Positions 1 to 33,435 are shown, counted from the first letter of the stretch. The stretch: 64,000 bases of DNA from Amoebidium appalachense (GCA_963693365.1 CAVNZM010000001.1:6278907-6342906); one strand, 5' to 3'. The notes: generated from the sequence alone by a model not told the origin. Numbers and translations: made by a program.

Positions 1-778
1 CGTGTGCGCATGCACGCGTGGCAGTGTGTGTGGATGTGTATGTGTGTATGTGTGTGTGTTTATCTGCGTGTGCAGCGACGCACTTTCACATCTTCTGCAC
101 TGGTGTGGTTTGTGCCTGTGCATCCGCCAGTGATTGCAATAGGCCCTGCCCTGAGACCTACCCCCTCCTCCCCCAACCCCCCCTCCCCCTCCCCTTTCCC
201 CCTCCCCCTCCCCCCCGCCTGCCCCCCTCCCCCCCCCCCCCCCCCCCCCGTTTTTCTTGCAGCCGTGTTGAAGTTTGAGAGGTACATGTTTTCCAAATTG
301 CATCGGCACCAAACCGCATATCAAAGCTCCCCCCCCCCCCCCCCCCCTCCCCTTCGGAGGAAAAAACAAACACACATATTCACATTCTTATAAAATGCTC
401 ACTCAATCACATCGAGATACGTATATATGCGCATGGCAGGGGCATAAGGCCGTTTGCTCAACACAAAAGCACACACAGACTTCTCTGAAGTACTCACACA
501 CAACAAAAAGAGCTTAGGTCATATTTTCTCTGTCTCCATTCTCCTGATATTTAACCCATGTCTTGAGAAGGTGGCTGCTCGTGATCGAAGAAGACAAAAT
601 GGGGGAAGAAGGCTATCATGCCCAATCATTCTTCTATACCGTGACTATCCCCCCCCCCCCCCTCCCCCCCCCCCCCCCCTCTCCCCCCTTCCCCCTCAAC
701 ACCTTCTACACCCCCCCTCCCCCACCAAATACCCAACCTCTGTTGCTGCCTTGCGCAGATTCATTCGTTAACACACTG

Positions 779-813
<35 letters not shown>

Positions 814-842
814 CCCCTCTTTTTGTTCCCCCCCCCCCCCCC

Positions 843-874
<32 letters not shown>

Positions 875-881
875 TTTGCAG

Positions 882-18010
<17,129 letters not shown>

Positions 18011-18053
18011 CACTCCCCACATTCAGGCAGCCAAACTCACCCACCAGACTATA

Positions 18054-18120
<67 letters not shown>

Positions 18121-18512
18121 AAGGCCCCCCCCCCCCCCAAAAAAAAAAAAAAAAAAAAAAAAAAACGTTTGCATTTTTTGTTGTGCTTAGTTGAGCACCG
18201 TATACGAAAACCTCCGTTTTTCCCCACCTTTCCCCCGGCAGTCTCCCTGCCTCGCCCAACCCCACCTTCCTCCCAAGTAAGCAAGCAACCTGACATACTT
18301 TGGGTGTACAGAAACGCACAACAGCCAACGAGGCAGCACATGCAGTCGGCAAGAGGCCCCGTAACGGCTAGCAGCAAGTTGATGCAGCCCCCCCTCCCTC
18401 CCCCCCTTCCCCTCCCCCCGGTGCTCCTCCTTCTCCAACACAGACACACACGTGCGCGCACGCGCGCACACACGCACACACGTACACACAGGCACGCATG
18501 CACACGCACACA

Positions 18513-18612
<100 letters not shown>

Positions 18613-18947
18613 CACACATTGCCAAGCACACGCACGGTTGTACCTTCACGTTCACACATGTTCATTCAGAATGTAAGGTAACCACTGACAGTGACACGTT
18701 CACTACGAATTGAATGCATACATCCACACACCTTGTGTGTCGAGCCACACGTGTTTTACAGTCTGTATGTCATGCACCACTTCAAACTAATAGTGGTTGC
18801 AACCCTCGAATGATTTATTACCACTTATACCTTGTATGACCTCTGAAGTCCTGATATATATCCCAAACATGAAGCCTAAAATAAATTTGGATGTATGGTG
18901 TGTGACACTGTGTGTCCACCACTTGTACACAAGTATTATATATTCAA

Positions 18948-18993
<46 letters not shown>

Positions 18994-19066
18994 CGCTAAC
19001 ATCTATGTACCACCCTATCTATGTGTTTGGGATGGTTGTGCTCGTGAGGGATGTGCTGTGGGTCTC

Positions 19067-19111
<45 letters not shown>

Positions 19112-19239
19112 AAAAAAAATGAATGAATGAAAAAAGAGGGAAAAAGCTGCCAAATAAACACACCGTCACCGTCCAAAACTTACAAGCAACTTGCAAGTTG
19201 CCGGGTAGGTGGCAGGAGGGACAAATAGAGCAGGGGCTG

Positions 19240-19270
<31 letters not shown>

Positions 19271-19289
19271 TGTGTGTGTGTGTGTGTAT

Positions 19290-19363
<74 letters not shown>

Positions 19364-19391
19364 GTGTTTCGGTTTTTTTTTTTTCTTTTTT

Positions 19392-19439
<48 letters not shown>

Positions 19440-20226
19440 GGCTGGCTACTCAACAAACGCCGGCCTGGTGCGTATATTTCCGTCAGTGCATGTCTACCTA
19501 AATTCTTTCACTCATTGGTTTCTCTCTACAGCTATTGGCACTTGAATACCCCGCCAGAGTCACACGCTGGGATCGGAAAGCATGACACCGGTATGATCAT
19601 ATGCATCACCCAAGGGCTTCCAACTGGCCCTCTAAGGGTCAGCGCCATGGAGGTAAATAATCTTAGCTAGTTACCCTTTCGACCTACATGTGGCTGGGAA
19701 TTATTCGAGAACCTTAAAGCTAACGATGCTTGGATGGAAGTGCACTTTCATGCACACCGAGGTGCATGCACCTGCACGATATGCATATGTATGGCGCCCG
19801 GCTCCCCAGTAACCGTAGCCGGTTTATACAACTCGATCAGTGCATTCCGCAATCGTTTCTAGAAGCTACATCCTAACGATAGATGCACGTGTAAACGAAT
19901 GCATAGATCACCAGGTAGATGGTTTGCTATCGATAAAATGAATATTTGCAAGTTGTGCAGACTACGAGCAGCGGCATCAACTGTCAGCCGTCCTATCTTT
20001 TTTCTCTTGCGCCCCAGACTTTTAAGGCTGTCCTTCTTAATCTTGCCCGGCAGCTTTTCCAGGTTCCCAACAGCACAATGCTTTCCATGCTATCCAGAGC
20101 GTATACATATTTCCAGTTACTATCTCGTCACCCGTCTGATGATCTTCCTTTTCTTTAATACTTCCCTGCGCTACTAATACTCTATCCCTGTTTTCCATAT
20201 TGAGCCTCGGAGATAGAAAGGCAGCC

Positions 20227-20227
<1 letters not shown>

Positions 20228-20258
<31 letters not shown>

Positions 20259-20589
20259 AGATAGGAGAGAGAGAAAAGAGAGAGAGGACAGAGAGACAAT
20301 GGGAGAGAGTGAGAGAGAGGGGGGGGGGGGGGGGGAGGGGGAGAGGGAGAGATCTAGAGAGAGCGAGAGAGAGAGGGAGTGTGTGTGAGAGAGAGGAAGG
20401 GAGGGAGTGAGGAGTGAGGGGGGGAGGGAGGGAGGGAGAGAGAATGAGGGAGGGAGGGAGGGAGAGCGAGGGAGAGCGAGGGAGAGGGAGAAAAGGAGAG
20501 CGAGGGAGAGCGAGAAAAGGAGAGCGAGGGAGAGCGAGAGGGATAGAGGAGAGGGTTGCGGGGGAGGGAGGGAGAGGGAGAGGGAAAGG

Positions 20590-20681
<92 letters not shown>

Positions 20682-20731
20682 AGGAGAGGGTTGCGGGGGA
20701 GGAGGGAGAGGCTGAGAGAGAGAGAGGGGGG

Positions 20732-20811
<80 letters not shown>

Positions 20812-20850
20812 GAAAGAGAGAGGAGAGAGGAGAAAAGAGAGGAGAGAAAG
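20228..20850. repeat. (GA)n/purine-rich microsatellite block
   Basis: Directly visible (GA)n and G-rich low-complexity sequence. Confidence 0.9.
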
Positions 20851-20879
20851 TGTGTTTGTGTGTGTGTGTGTGTGTGGGG

Positions 20880-20916
<37 letters not shown>

Positions 20917-22202
20917 TATCTACGTTGTGTACCATGTGCTTTTACATAACTGAATTTTCCTGTTCGAGCAGGAGTCTTTCGCAGTTTTTTTTTTTCCAGC
21001 CGGGTGCGTGGGTGACCAATCATATCGACACTGAATTTTGGCGGCCCTCTAGGAGGACGTTCTTTTGTGAGCGTCGACCCATGGTTCTCGCAGCCACTAT
21101 ACGGTATTTTATACCTTCAAAGAATCAAAACTTGCTATCCCAAGCAAAAATGTTAATACCGGTTGTAGGAGCTTTTTTTTTGCTCATAAACCACGCATAA
21201 GAAGGCAATCTGCGCTGTTCCTCCTAGGTGTGCGGGCAAGCTATTGGTAGCAGATCATTCTGCCCTACGGCCGATATTTGAAAGAGCTGTTTGGTGATTG
21301 GTAGAGCATCACTGAGCCGAATTCCAGCGGACGGCAGCATCGGCGGCTGTGTGGAACAACAATCGACTGACAGAAACGTAAAAAAAAAAAGAAAAAAACG
21401 TAAACTTCCATCGATGTGTGTGCGGACACAATCCTGTGAGTATCCAGATCTTTTCCAGTCAATCCGTCAACCTAATTGTATGAATAGCGCGGTGGCGCGA
21501 TAGGCGATAGCTCAATTCACTGTGAGACCTTCTTTTGGGACGTCAGGAGCACCACCGAACAGCGACGGGACGACGGCTAGTATCTGAGAGGGAAGGGATT
21601 GATGGAGGTCCCGATGGAGGGATAAAAATGTGGTTACACCTACTCTGTAATGATAGAATTACTTTTGCGAGTTGTATTCGACATTCCCATTATTCCAATA
21701 GGAGAGTCCGTGTTTGTAGGGAATATACCATTATTGTACACACTTAGTTTCTGGACTACACAGGTCAAGATCATCGACAAGGAAGGCATGGGGAGGTCTC
21801 CGTCTAGGCTTTTAAAGGGACCAGAATTTTTTTTGCACGTACCTTATGCTCCAGCTGCTTGTTTTGTGAAACCCGAGTCTGGATCAGGCCCGTGAGCCAC
21901 TTGTGAGCCACACGAATTCGCAGGATCCAGGGGGTGCCGACAGGTTCGCAAAGGATCCGTCTCTCGGTTATTAGAATTTTATATTTCAAGTCAACGATAA
22001 ACCGTTTTATGCTTTTGATTCAAGGCACACGGTTGATCTTGACATTGCAGAACAGGGGCGAGCAACGTTAGTGTTGAGTGGAGAGAGAGTGCGGGGGTAT
22101 GAGGGTTAGCTGACGAGTTGTCCTATACCTTCCCAGAGACGTATATACCAGCACATTTTTTGGAGCTACTATTAATATCCTTGTGTTCGCAGAAAGCACA
22201 AC

Positions 22203-23714
22203 ATGGGGGACGAACTATACAGCATCGCCATCCTAATCGATGACTTGAAGAGTGAGGATGTACAGGTGCGCCTCAACTCTGTGAGCCGCCTGTCTGTGGT
22301 GGCTCAGGCTCTTGGCCCCGAGCGCACTCGCATAGAGCTGCTTCCGTTCCTGCAAGGTGAGTTGTGGTGACATGCTACACAGGGACTACTTTTTGGTAAA
22401 GCAGGCCCACTACAGGGATATTGCTTTTCCAGGTAGCTTGTGACGGATAGGTGCGCCTACCTTGTTGTCAAAATCAGTACAATTCTCCTTGGTTCACGTG
22501 GTTGTGGGGCAGAAGAACATCGGTTGTAACGTACAGGGATGCTACCGAAACGTGTGTCCTATTCGGTTACTGTAGATTAACAAGTTGATGAGCACGCCCG
22601 AAATGTGGTGCGGATTTTGGAGCAACCTTGGGACAAGCTGCTTTGTCCTGGAGCAGGCACATCCATCCTCTTGCTTGTGCAGGGCACAAAGGCATGCAGA
22701 AGGGGAGCACCAATCGAATCATACAGGAGTCCTGATGTGCTGCTTGATGCAGAGTCTCTTGACGATGAGGACGAGGTGCTTGTTGCTCTTGCCGAGGAGC
22801 TGACCAAGTTCGTGCCTCTCGTGGGGGGGCCCGAGCAGGCACCAGCCCTCCTACCCGTTCTCGAGGCACTCTCCACCACAGAGGAGGCTGTCGTGCGGGA
22901 CAAGGTAATACTTCGTCTTTGGCTGTTTTCCACCCCAACTCCCTCCCACCCTCCCACCTACTCCCCTTTCTCTCTCTCTCTCTCTCTCTCTCCCCCCCCC
23001 CCCCCCCCCCCCCCTCCCCCCTCTTCCCTCCCGGCCTCCCCTGTTCCCCCCTCGTCGCGCATGGTGTCGTACCCCCATACTTGAACACTGCGGGGATTGG
23101 CGCCTGCACACACAGGCATACCTACAGGTGCAGATACTCCATGCCAGATGCCGCGCACACACCTCTCTTTTTGCATAACCGAATGTGCTTGCTTGTATGT
23201 TCGTTTACGTTACGCATTACTTGCCCATTATACACGAGATCAAGATGCCTACATGTGGTTGTACGTTCTCACTGACCAATTTAGTTATGCCGCTTCAACC
23301 AGCATTTGAACACATCTCATTTATACACACGCACAACGATCTTCCATTTGCACCTGCACCCGAGCACCTGTGTCTACTATCACACTTCATCAACCCCCCC
23401 GCCCCCCCGCCCGCCACACACACACACATACACACACACACACACACACACAGACACACACACACACACCGGAGGTTTTTCTGAAGAAAGAGAAGCTTAC
23501 GACCCCGACACACCTACCTATTGGTCCGTTGGGTTTGTTTCAGCCAAATTCACCATCAACGTTCCTGCGCACGACACACCCACAACTCTCCGTAAAGTTG
23601 CGTGCATCTGTAGATGTTCATGTGTGCATGTGTGTATGCGCGGGTGTGCGTGTGTCCTTGCATGCCCGTGCGTGTGCCGGCTGGCACGTGTGTGCATGTG
23701 TGTATGTTTTTTTG

Positions 23715-23747
<33 letters not shown>

Positions 23748-24677
23748 GAGGCAAAATCACTCCAGGAACATGCATGTGCATGTGCCACGGCTCTAACGTT
23801 GAGCACATACAGGCGGTGCAGGGGCTGCTCACGGTGATGAGCACAGCCAGCGACAGCCAGGTAGCCACATATGCCGTCATGGTCAAACGGTTGGCCTCTG
23901 CAGAGTGGTTCACCTCCAAGGCCTCCTCAGCCGGCCTGTTCTCCACCATCTACCCCCGCGTAGACAACGACACGCGTACAGAGCTGAGGAGGCTCTATGC
24001 TGCTCTCTGCCGTGACGAGACACCCATGGTCAGGAGGGCTGCTGCTGCAAAGCTCGGGGTGGGTGACGTATGGCCGCACTGCTTGTTGGATAGCCGGGCA
24101 GGGTGTGTGTGTTTCATAGTCGATGGCTGGGTGGTGGTGGTGGTGGTGAATGTGGTTGTGGCTGTGTTGGGGGGGGGGGGGGGGGGATGCATTGGGGAGA
24201 GGGGGGAGGGGGGGGGGGAAGAAAGGAGGTAGCTGTAGGTGGACTCTCGGTGCTGGTGCCAAGAGCATGAATGCAATATTTAGATGTGAGCATCTGTGGG
24301 TGGGGATGTCTCACCGTCCATGCTTGTCTTGATTGACGAGTGCCAGTTACTTTGGGTGGTGTAATGTTTGAATGGGTGTGTCTTCGTTTTGGTGTTCGGG
24401 TGAAAGGGGGGGGGGGGGGGGGGGGGGGATCCGGTGCATAACTGGAGCAGGAGCAGTGTTGGTGACAGCATGATTGCAGGCGTGGAAGCTACCAGGGGGC
24501 AAGGACGCATCAACCATCCTGGTATGTGTAACACCTGTGTTTCCTTCCACCTAGTGTGTTTGGTGCTGTGCTGTCAACCAAGGCGGATGCATGGCTTTGG
24601 TGGCTACGGTGCTTTTTGCTAACGGGTTCCATTGGCTTTGTGGAGACGTGTGTGTGTGTGTGTGTGTGTGTGTTTGG

Positions 24678-24718
<41 letters not shown>

Positions 24719-24743
24719 GAGGTGGTGGTGTGTATGTGTGTGT

Positions 24744-24778
<35 letters not shown>

Positions 24779-25969
24779 TTCTGGATTTTAGTATGACTGT
24801 CAGAAGAACAGCATTTGTCGGTTTGAAGTGTGAACTTCCAACTGATGTGGGGACACAACACAGGGGTTTGCCGAAGTAGTGGAGGAGGCAGCAGTGAAGA
24901 GTGAGCTTGTGCCCCTGTACGTGGCCCTGGCCCAGGATGACCAGGTACGTGCTTGAGCCATGTCTTCGTGTGTTGTCGCTGTTTAACCCCTTGAAACAGC
25001 CTTTGGCACTGCGGTTTTTGTCGAGGCAACAGGTGGCAGCGCTCAAGGCATACGTGGGAAGGTTGCTAAGCGCAGGAAGGGAGAAAAAATGAACCTTACG
25101 GGGTTCGGGTGACGATGGAAGGAGCGGAAGGTAGTTGTTTGGTATTATGAGGTTGTGGTTGTTGTTGGCCGCACCCAAGGCTGCAGGCATAGTGGATGCC
25201 GCAAGCTATTACATGGCCCACACCTGCGGTGCCTGAAGTTCCTACTAGCACACTACCAATGTGCAGGCGGGTCTAAAAGGCACACAGATCTATGATGCAG
25301 CTGGATGATAAGTGTTGGTGTGGCGGATGTGCAAGAAAAAGTTGGGCTTGACGAGCTCTGTGAGTGCTGTTGACATTCCCAGGGTTAGGTGTCTTCTGTG
25401 CCCGTTGGCAGCAGTGTTCATTCAGATTCAAAAGTATGCAGATACGAGGCTGGGCGTGGATTAGGGGGTATGTGCTAATACATTCTGCAAGGGTACATGC
25501 TTTCGGGGTATATGGTGATACTGTGAGTGTATATGCTTCTAGTTATATGTTAAAGTGTGTGATGGGGCAGGACTCTGTGCGTCTCCTGTCGGTCGAGGTA
25601 GCAGTGACGATTGCACGACGGCTGAAGGGCCAACCGGCCGAGATTGAGGCACAGCTGATGGGCCCTCTGAGGGAGACACTGGCAGACAAGGCCTGGCGTG
25701 TACGATACATGGCCGCAGACAGATTCGTCCAGGTGAGTGTTTGGTGGTGCGTGTGTGCGCGCGTGCGTGCGTGCTTGCGTGCGTGTGTTCGTGTGTGTGT
25801 GTGGCTGGGGAGGGGGGGGGAGGTTTCATATGGTTGGCTATATAGCTACGTGTGGCATTTTGGTGAGGCGTATTGATTTGCATTGCTAGAAACTGTGATG
25901 AATGTGGCTGTGAACTGTGAAATATGGTGTGTATGGGTGGGTGATTTTTTGTTTGTTTTTTTTTTTTTT

Positions 25970-26012
<43 letters not shown>

Positions 26013-26026
26013 GGTTGTTGTTGTTT

Positions 26027-26058
<32 letters not shown>

Positions 26059-27128
26059 GGAGCATGTGATCATGATGGCTTGCCTAGTGCCTGGGTAACG
26101 TTTTGCACTGTATGTATATTTTTCTTGACAGTGTCATGTGGAATCAATGGGGCCATGGTAGTGGTATGGGTGCTGCTGGTGGCAGTGAAGGCCAAATAGT
26201 TGTGCTGACAGTAGGGGGCTGCAGCTGCAAGAAGAGCTCGGGCCGGAGATCTCCAAGGCAGATCTTATCCCGGCATTCATCAAGCTGCTCAGAGACCCTG
26301 AGGCTGAGGTCAGAACCGCCGCTGCACAGCACGTGCCCGGTATGAGCTTGATGCGCTGATGGAGTGCATGCGCATGTTTGGTTGGGGTGGGGCAGGTGGG
26401 CCATGGAATGGCTGGTGTGGGGATAGTGATCAGAAAGTCATATAGTCTGTGTTGCGGAAGCCTGTGTTGTTCGGAGGAAGGGGGGGGGGGGGGGGAAGTG
26501 ACGAGTGGACAATGGTATAGGGTGAGTAAAGGCAAGGTGTAGGAAACACGTACAGATGGTTAGTCGTGTTGGTAGCCATCTGTCGTGGTCGTGAGCAGTT
26601 TCAGCATCTGTTCCGTGCGTCATGTGCTCGTCTGACCACTGGTGGGTGCAGACTTCTGCCTCAACCTGCCTGCGGATGTGCGGGAGGACACGGCCATGCG
26701 GCTGGTGCTGCCGGCCGTTAAGGAGCTTGTGGTGGATTCCAACCAGCACGTGCGCGCAGCCCTGGCAAAGAAAATCATGAACCTGTCCACAGTTCTCGGC
26801 AAGCAAAAGTACAGCCCCTTTCGTACGCCCTGCGCTCATGCTAATGTAGAACACCCAAGATTTGCTGCCGTTACACATCCGTGCCTGTGTTCACCCAATA
26901 TGTGCATGCAACAATGAAGTTAACGCCTGCCTCTAGCGACAGTCACATTCTGCCCTTTTGGTGCTCTTTGCACACACGGACATGCACAAGCACTCCTAAT
27001 GGTGCGTATCTGTACGGCAGCATTTTCTGCCTCTTTTCTGCTTCTTCCCTCCCCCACATCAGGCAACAACTGACTTGCACACCACTCGACATATACAACT
27101 GCACACACACGGACTCACATGCACACAC

Positions 27129-27210
<82 letters not shown>

Positions 27211-28694
27211 CCACTTAACCACCACAAACACACATGCACACACAAACATACACGCATGCATGCGCGCGCGCACACACACACGGGGATACGGGTACACATA
27301 CACAGCTACATGCACACACTCACACTCACACTCACACAACGTGCACATGCACATGCACATGCACATGCACATACACATGCACATGCACATAGATACGCAG
27401 ATGTTGACATACACGCAGACCCGTGAGACACACACGCACATGCACATGCACGTGCACGTGCTGATGCATGCACACATGGTGAGACACGCACACACAAGGA
27501 CACAAGCACAAAAACAAACACACATGTACACACACACACACACACGCACACACAGTACCATCGACCAGCTCATCCCCCTGTTTCTGCAATTGTTGAAAGA
27601 CGAGTTCCCAGAAGTCCGCTTGAATATCATCTCAAAACTCGACGCTGTGAACAAAGGTGGGTGTCGTCATATATCTTATTTCTCTCGTATTTATGTGCTC
27701 ATTCTTATGCGCACCTCGGTCTAAGAGTTATGAACATGCAAGCTCTCACTACCTGCGTGGGCTGACCGGACATTTGTCCCAAATAAGAACATGTTGCGGC
27801 ATTGCCAACATTCCAATGTGCTTAGGAATCCTTCGTGCCTGGGGTACGTTTGCAGCAGATGCGAATTTCTGGAGCCTGTGGCAAACTTGTATGCTTTTTA
27901 TGTTGCGGGCAGGGTGTGTGCAAACAATGGACCGATTTGCAGCTATACACATTTGCCCACTTGAAAGGAATGGTGGGAATGAGACTATGTGTTGCGAGTC
28001 GGTGGCTGTACTGGGCAAGATACCACATCACTTGCCACCCACCAAGTTCCCCGCATACAATGATTGCTCATCCTCACGATGTTCACATATTCCTAGTCGT
28101 GTTCTCTTTCCTATTTCCTTTCTCAAGGGAGATTCCAATCCATTCCTGAGGTATTGGTATGGTGCACCTTTTCCAATACAACCCCAACTAATCCTTCGGT
28201 GTATGTGTGTGCAGTGGTGGGGATCGAGCTGCTGTCACAGGCGCTTCTTCCAGCCATCGTGGAGCTTGCAGAGGACAGGCAGTGGCGGGTGCGCCTGGCC
28301 ATCATCGAATACGTCCCCCTGCTGGCTGAGCAACTCGTATGCATTCCCCTGATCTGGTGAACCTGGGGTTTCACCTATTCGATTTCTTTTTTTCTTCTTT
28401 TTTTTTTTCCCTTCCGCCCATTGCTCTATGTTTATGGACAGATTGGTTAGCCAGTGCATGCAGTCCATCCCTTCCCTTACTCGATGTTTATTCACGCAAC
28501 TCATTTGGCCGCCTTTTACATGGGGTGTGCATACTCATCTGTTGGCTCTATGCTTACTTTCTTCTAGCCTGGTGATGCCAAATCACTGCACGTGTGCTTG
28601 AGTGCACCACGGTTTTGGTTCGTGTGCACTTAGTTGGCTCGTGTCTCGATTCCTACCGTGTCCCTGTGCACACACCTGGCCACCACCACCATCC

Positions 28695-28755
<61 letters not shown>

Positions 28756-28966
28756 ACACACAAATACACACACAGGCGCGCGTGCACACACACCACCATT
28801 TATCTAGACACGTGTGCGGCGTTCACGTGCCAAGCAAGCACCCTTATACGCACGCGCATACAGTCACCCACTCAAGTACTCGTACAATCTTACACCCGCG
28901 TGCATACACCTGCATTTATACAGCTGCGCACATGTTCACGCATCCCCACATTTTCCATACACGCAC

Positions 28967-29044
<78 letters not shown>

Positions 29045-29216
29045 CCCCCACCCTCCTTGTGGAGAGGCTGGTTTCGTGATTTGTACCTTCTGTGTATATG
29101 TAAATGCTCACGCAACCTCCTGCTCTCCCCCCCTTCCCACAACCAAAAAAAAGAAAAAAAGAAAAGAACATGTTCTCGCACGTAATCATTTACATAACAC
29201 ATGGACACGGCACGCA

Positions 29217-29263
<47 letters not shown>

Positions 29264-29280
29264 GACACGGCACGCAAGCA

Positions 29281-29361
<81 letters not shown>

Positions 29362-30717
29362 GCTGAGGCTTGATGTCTGCTGCTTTCCTGTTGTTATTTA
29401 TGTTGCTTGAATCGCTCTGTTCTAGCCACCACCCACGTATCCCTCCCCACTCCCGCCCCCTTCCCATCCCCCCTCACCCCTCACCCCTCCCCCCTTTTCG
29501 TTCCCGCCCAGGATAATCGAATAATGCAGGATGAGCTCTGTGCATGCATGCATGAATTGCCTATACATTTTCTTTGATTGCATGTATTGCTTTTGGTTCG
29601 TCGACTTGTGGACTGGGGTTTTGCTTGGCATTCAATTTTTAATCTCGAAGCATCCCCCCCCCCCCCCTTCCCCCCCAAACACCGGAAACTGAAAAATGGA
29701 CTCTGTTTAATCATCCCTTGCCTGCGCATTTGCTTTGGCTTCGTGTGCGGTTTTGCCGAACCATCATACCACTTGCAAACATACGGCTCTAAACAGAATG
29801 TGTATGGTCCTTTTTGTTTCATGCACAGCCCCGACATAACCCCTTTTCTGTTCGTTGCATATGCCTTACGACTGTACTTTTGCAGGGGCGGGAATTCTTC
29901 GACGACAAACTCAACAATCTCTGCATGACCTGGCTCAACGACTGTGTGTTCTCCATCAGAGAAGCAGCGACAGGTGTGTTGTTCTCGGTGATTGACACGT
30001 GGGTGGGTGTGGGTGTGGGCGTGTGCGTGGGTGTTTTGTTGGGGGGGGGGGGGTGAGGGGGGGACATTTTAGCCATCGAGTTTTTGAGTTGCGGGCTTGG
30101 GCAGTATAAAAGGGCGGTTCTGTTTGGTCGTACATGGTATGTGTGAGTTTTGAACCCGGCTGGTCAGACTTGGCAGTGCATGCAGTATTCCGTACGATTG
30201 AATTGAGTTACAAAAAGGGCACTAGTTTTATCTGCACCAGGGGAGGGGGTATGATATTTTCAGCACCTCCCCTACCTTACCAGTCGTAGGATTTGTTTTT
30301 TGTCATCACCTTCGCTTTGGATGCCACGTTTACTGACGGGAGGGACGGGGGCACACAGAGAATCTTAAGAAGCTGGCGCAGATCTTTGGGCCGCAATGGG
30401 CACAGGAGACGATTATTCCGAAAGTTCTGTCCCTTTCACGCCACCCCAACTACCTCTACCGAATGACTACACTCTTCTGCATGAACGTATGCATCCCCCC
30501 CCCCCTTCCAACACACACACACATCACCACAACCACAACCACAACCACCACCACACACACATACACACATGCACTCACACACAAACATACACAGACAAGC
30601 GCGCGCACACACACGCTCCACCTGGGCTTCTTCTTAGAAGACACACTACTTCTGTAACGTGACTGTATTAAGCGTTTTACACCCACCCCCCCACCCCCCC
30701 CCCCCCCCCCCCCCCCA

Positions 30718-30752
<35 letters not shown>

Positions 30753-31637
30753 ACAAAAAAGAAAGAACACATTACACGATGACCCTTGTGTTTTTAGCCC
30801 GTCTCATTCAAACCCTGCCTCGTGCCCCCTCCTCTTTCCCCTCCCGTAGGCACACATACATTACCGCCTTTGGCCATGCTGTTCTAGCTTTCATTTACAG
30901 TGTATTCTACCCAAAGCAAGTAGGTATGTGTGCGTGCGTGCGTGCATGCGTGCATGCATGCATGCACCCCCTTGCGGAAAGGAAGGAAGGGGGGGGGGGG
31001 GGGGGGGGGGGAGACTGCCACATTGAAGCATGCATGCACAATGTGCTGACACGTTAAATGCCCTCTGCAGGCGCTTGCACCAGTAGTGGGAGGGCAGGTA
31101 GCGCTGCAGGCCATGGTGCCGGTAGTGTGTGAGATGGCGCAGGACAGCGTGCCCAACGTGCGGTTCAACGTGGCCAAGACCCTGGAGCAGATGGCCAACC
31201 TGCTGCAGGACAAGAGCGCATGTGCAGACCGCATCACCCCCACCCTCACACAGCTGGCCCAGGACAGCGATAAGGACGTCAAGTACTTTGCCATGAGGGC
31301 ACTGCTTGTCGGTACGTGGGATGGAAGGAGTGGTGTGGTGGTTGTGGGTGTGAGGAGGGGAGGGGGGGGGGGGGGGGGGGGGGGGGTGGGTGCGCGGGGC
31401 ACGGGGCATGATGGTGTGTCTGTGCAGGAAGTGGGTAGGGACGTGTGCTTATCTTGTTGGTGTGTGTGTGTGTGTGTGTGTGTCAAGACTGTTTCGAATG
31501 CCACCACGTGGTGTGCAGATGGGGTTGTGTATGTCGGCGTGTTGGTTATTAGTGGATATCGAAAGTGGTTGTCTTGAAAATACACCCATTCTCAACGGGC
31601 TTCCCCCTTCCTACACTGTTGATACCACTGCTAACGA

Positions 31638-31681
<44 letters not shown>

Positions 31682-31786
31682 CCTCCTCCTCTCTCTCTCT
31701 CTCTCAAGAAAAGACACATGCGCATACATACGTGCACACTCGTGTGCCCTGCACATGCGGACACACACACACATGCACATGCACAT

Positions 31787-31848
<62 letters not shown>

Positions 31849-31855
31849 GCACGCG

Positions 31856-31894
<39 letters not shown>

Positions 31895-31902
31895 CCGCAT
31901 AA
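22203..31902 (+). CDS. PPP2R1A: Protein phosphatase 2A scaffold (A/PR65) subunit, HEAT repeats, 13 exons, ~584 aa
   Basis: Exons 22203-22356, 22753-22904, 23813-24058, 24864-24944, 25571-25732, 26225-26339, 26652-26808, 27556-27656, 28215-28336, 29886-29973, 30359-30486, 31071-31311, 31895-31902; all GT-AG, 1755 nt total, in frame. Motifs: [101 protein letters not shown]. Confidence 0.96.
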
Positions 31903-32558
31903 CACGAAATTGTCAGCTGTAAGCCGATGCAGCATCGGCACGTTGTCCGTCCGTGTGTGTACATGTGAGTTGTGAATGGCTGTGTATATCACACTAACAC
32001 TAACGTTATATCTCGTTGTGAACCGTTATTTGATCAATACGAAAATACACATGCGGCAAAACAGCCTACCTGCGTAATTTAGATTTTTCAGGAGTTGCAA
32101 AGAAACTGCAGAACTGCACACACAAGAATTTCACATGCGAACACACAGGCACAGTTCATTACACATACAATACCAGAGAATCGAAGTTATGGTTAAATGA
32201 CAGTTCACGCACAATCAACAGAACACTTGCAAGTAAAATCTTGTTAAAAGTTTCGAGTTTTAGTATTATGTTGTTGACTTTTGTGTAAAACGTTAGCACA
32301 AAGTAAAGATGTGCTATTCCAAGAAGAGCGAATGTGTATCGTAAGGATACACTACACACGGTATATATGGAATCTATTTGTGTCGGTGTACGTGTTCGGG
32401 GATATGCACACGAAGAATTTTGCAACCAGAACTATGTAACCTCTTTGATAACACGTTCCAAAGAAAAAGACACGAAATAAAAATAAATGTTAATTATTCA
32501 AACTCTATCCCCTCTCTCCACGTCCCCACACACAAAGGGAACACGAGAGAATCAAGAG

Positions 32559-32597
<39 letters not shown>

Positions 32598-33435
32598 CCC
32601 CGCACCTGCCCGCCCGCCCTTCCCCCAGCCACACACGTCACACACACACTTGTCACACCATCATGATTACAAGCACCACCACTACCCTTCTGCTCCCGTT
32701 GCTTTCACTTGCTGCCCCGCTTTTGGCCCCCCAACATCTCCCCCGCCGTTTTGATTAGGTTTTTTTGCAGTCGGATAGGTTTTGGCTTCCCCATTCAGTT
32801 CAAACTTGAAATGAAATCTTTACTCCGGTTTGTCCTGCTTGTCCGGTTTATCCGCAGCTGTTTTTACACTTGCATTAATTACTAGTACTATGTACATTGT
32901 GTTCACGGCCGTCACGGTGCACACCTGAGGAGCGCTAACAATTTGAAAGCTCTCTGATCTTCGAGTCTACGTGCTGCTTGAATGATCCCATGCATGTTGT
33001 TGAGGGCGTGCGTGTACGCGTGTTAACGGTTTGTCAGTTTGTCAGGAGGCCTAGAGCACGCACTTGCATGCACCGTTGAATGTCATGCACATCCAGTGGA
33101 TTCGGGCATGCAGATGGACCACATGCATGCATGTGCACCACATGTCCGACGAATGCGATGTATACTTGATTGATGACTGGGTTGCAAGCGTTCATGCATG
33201 CTCCAGTCAAAAATGTCCGTCCGACTCCGCTCGTGGATTCGGGCAAAGCCACATATATGTGGTTCTGTGTTACATATTTCACGGTGACATCATGACACAA
33301 GTTGTCATTACATAGGAAACTTGGGCAGCATGAGGTATTGTTGGCGGCCTATATGTGGCAATGGTAACATGATGCTATGATACAACACATTTGAAACCAC
33401 GGTAGCTACGCGCGTGTATTTGTGACCTAATATGT

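Noticed and set aside
263-281. Possible micro-exon AVLKFER upstream of MCM9
   Set aside because: Its phase does not join the 882 exon, so it cannot be assigned.
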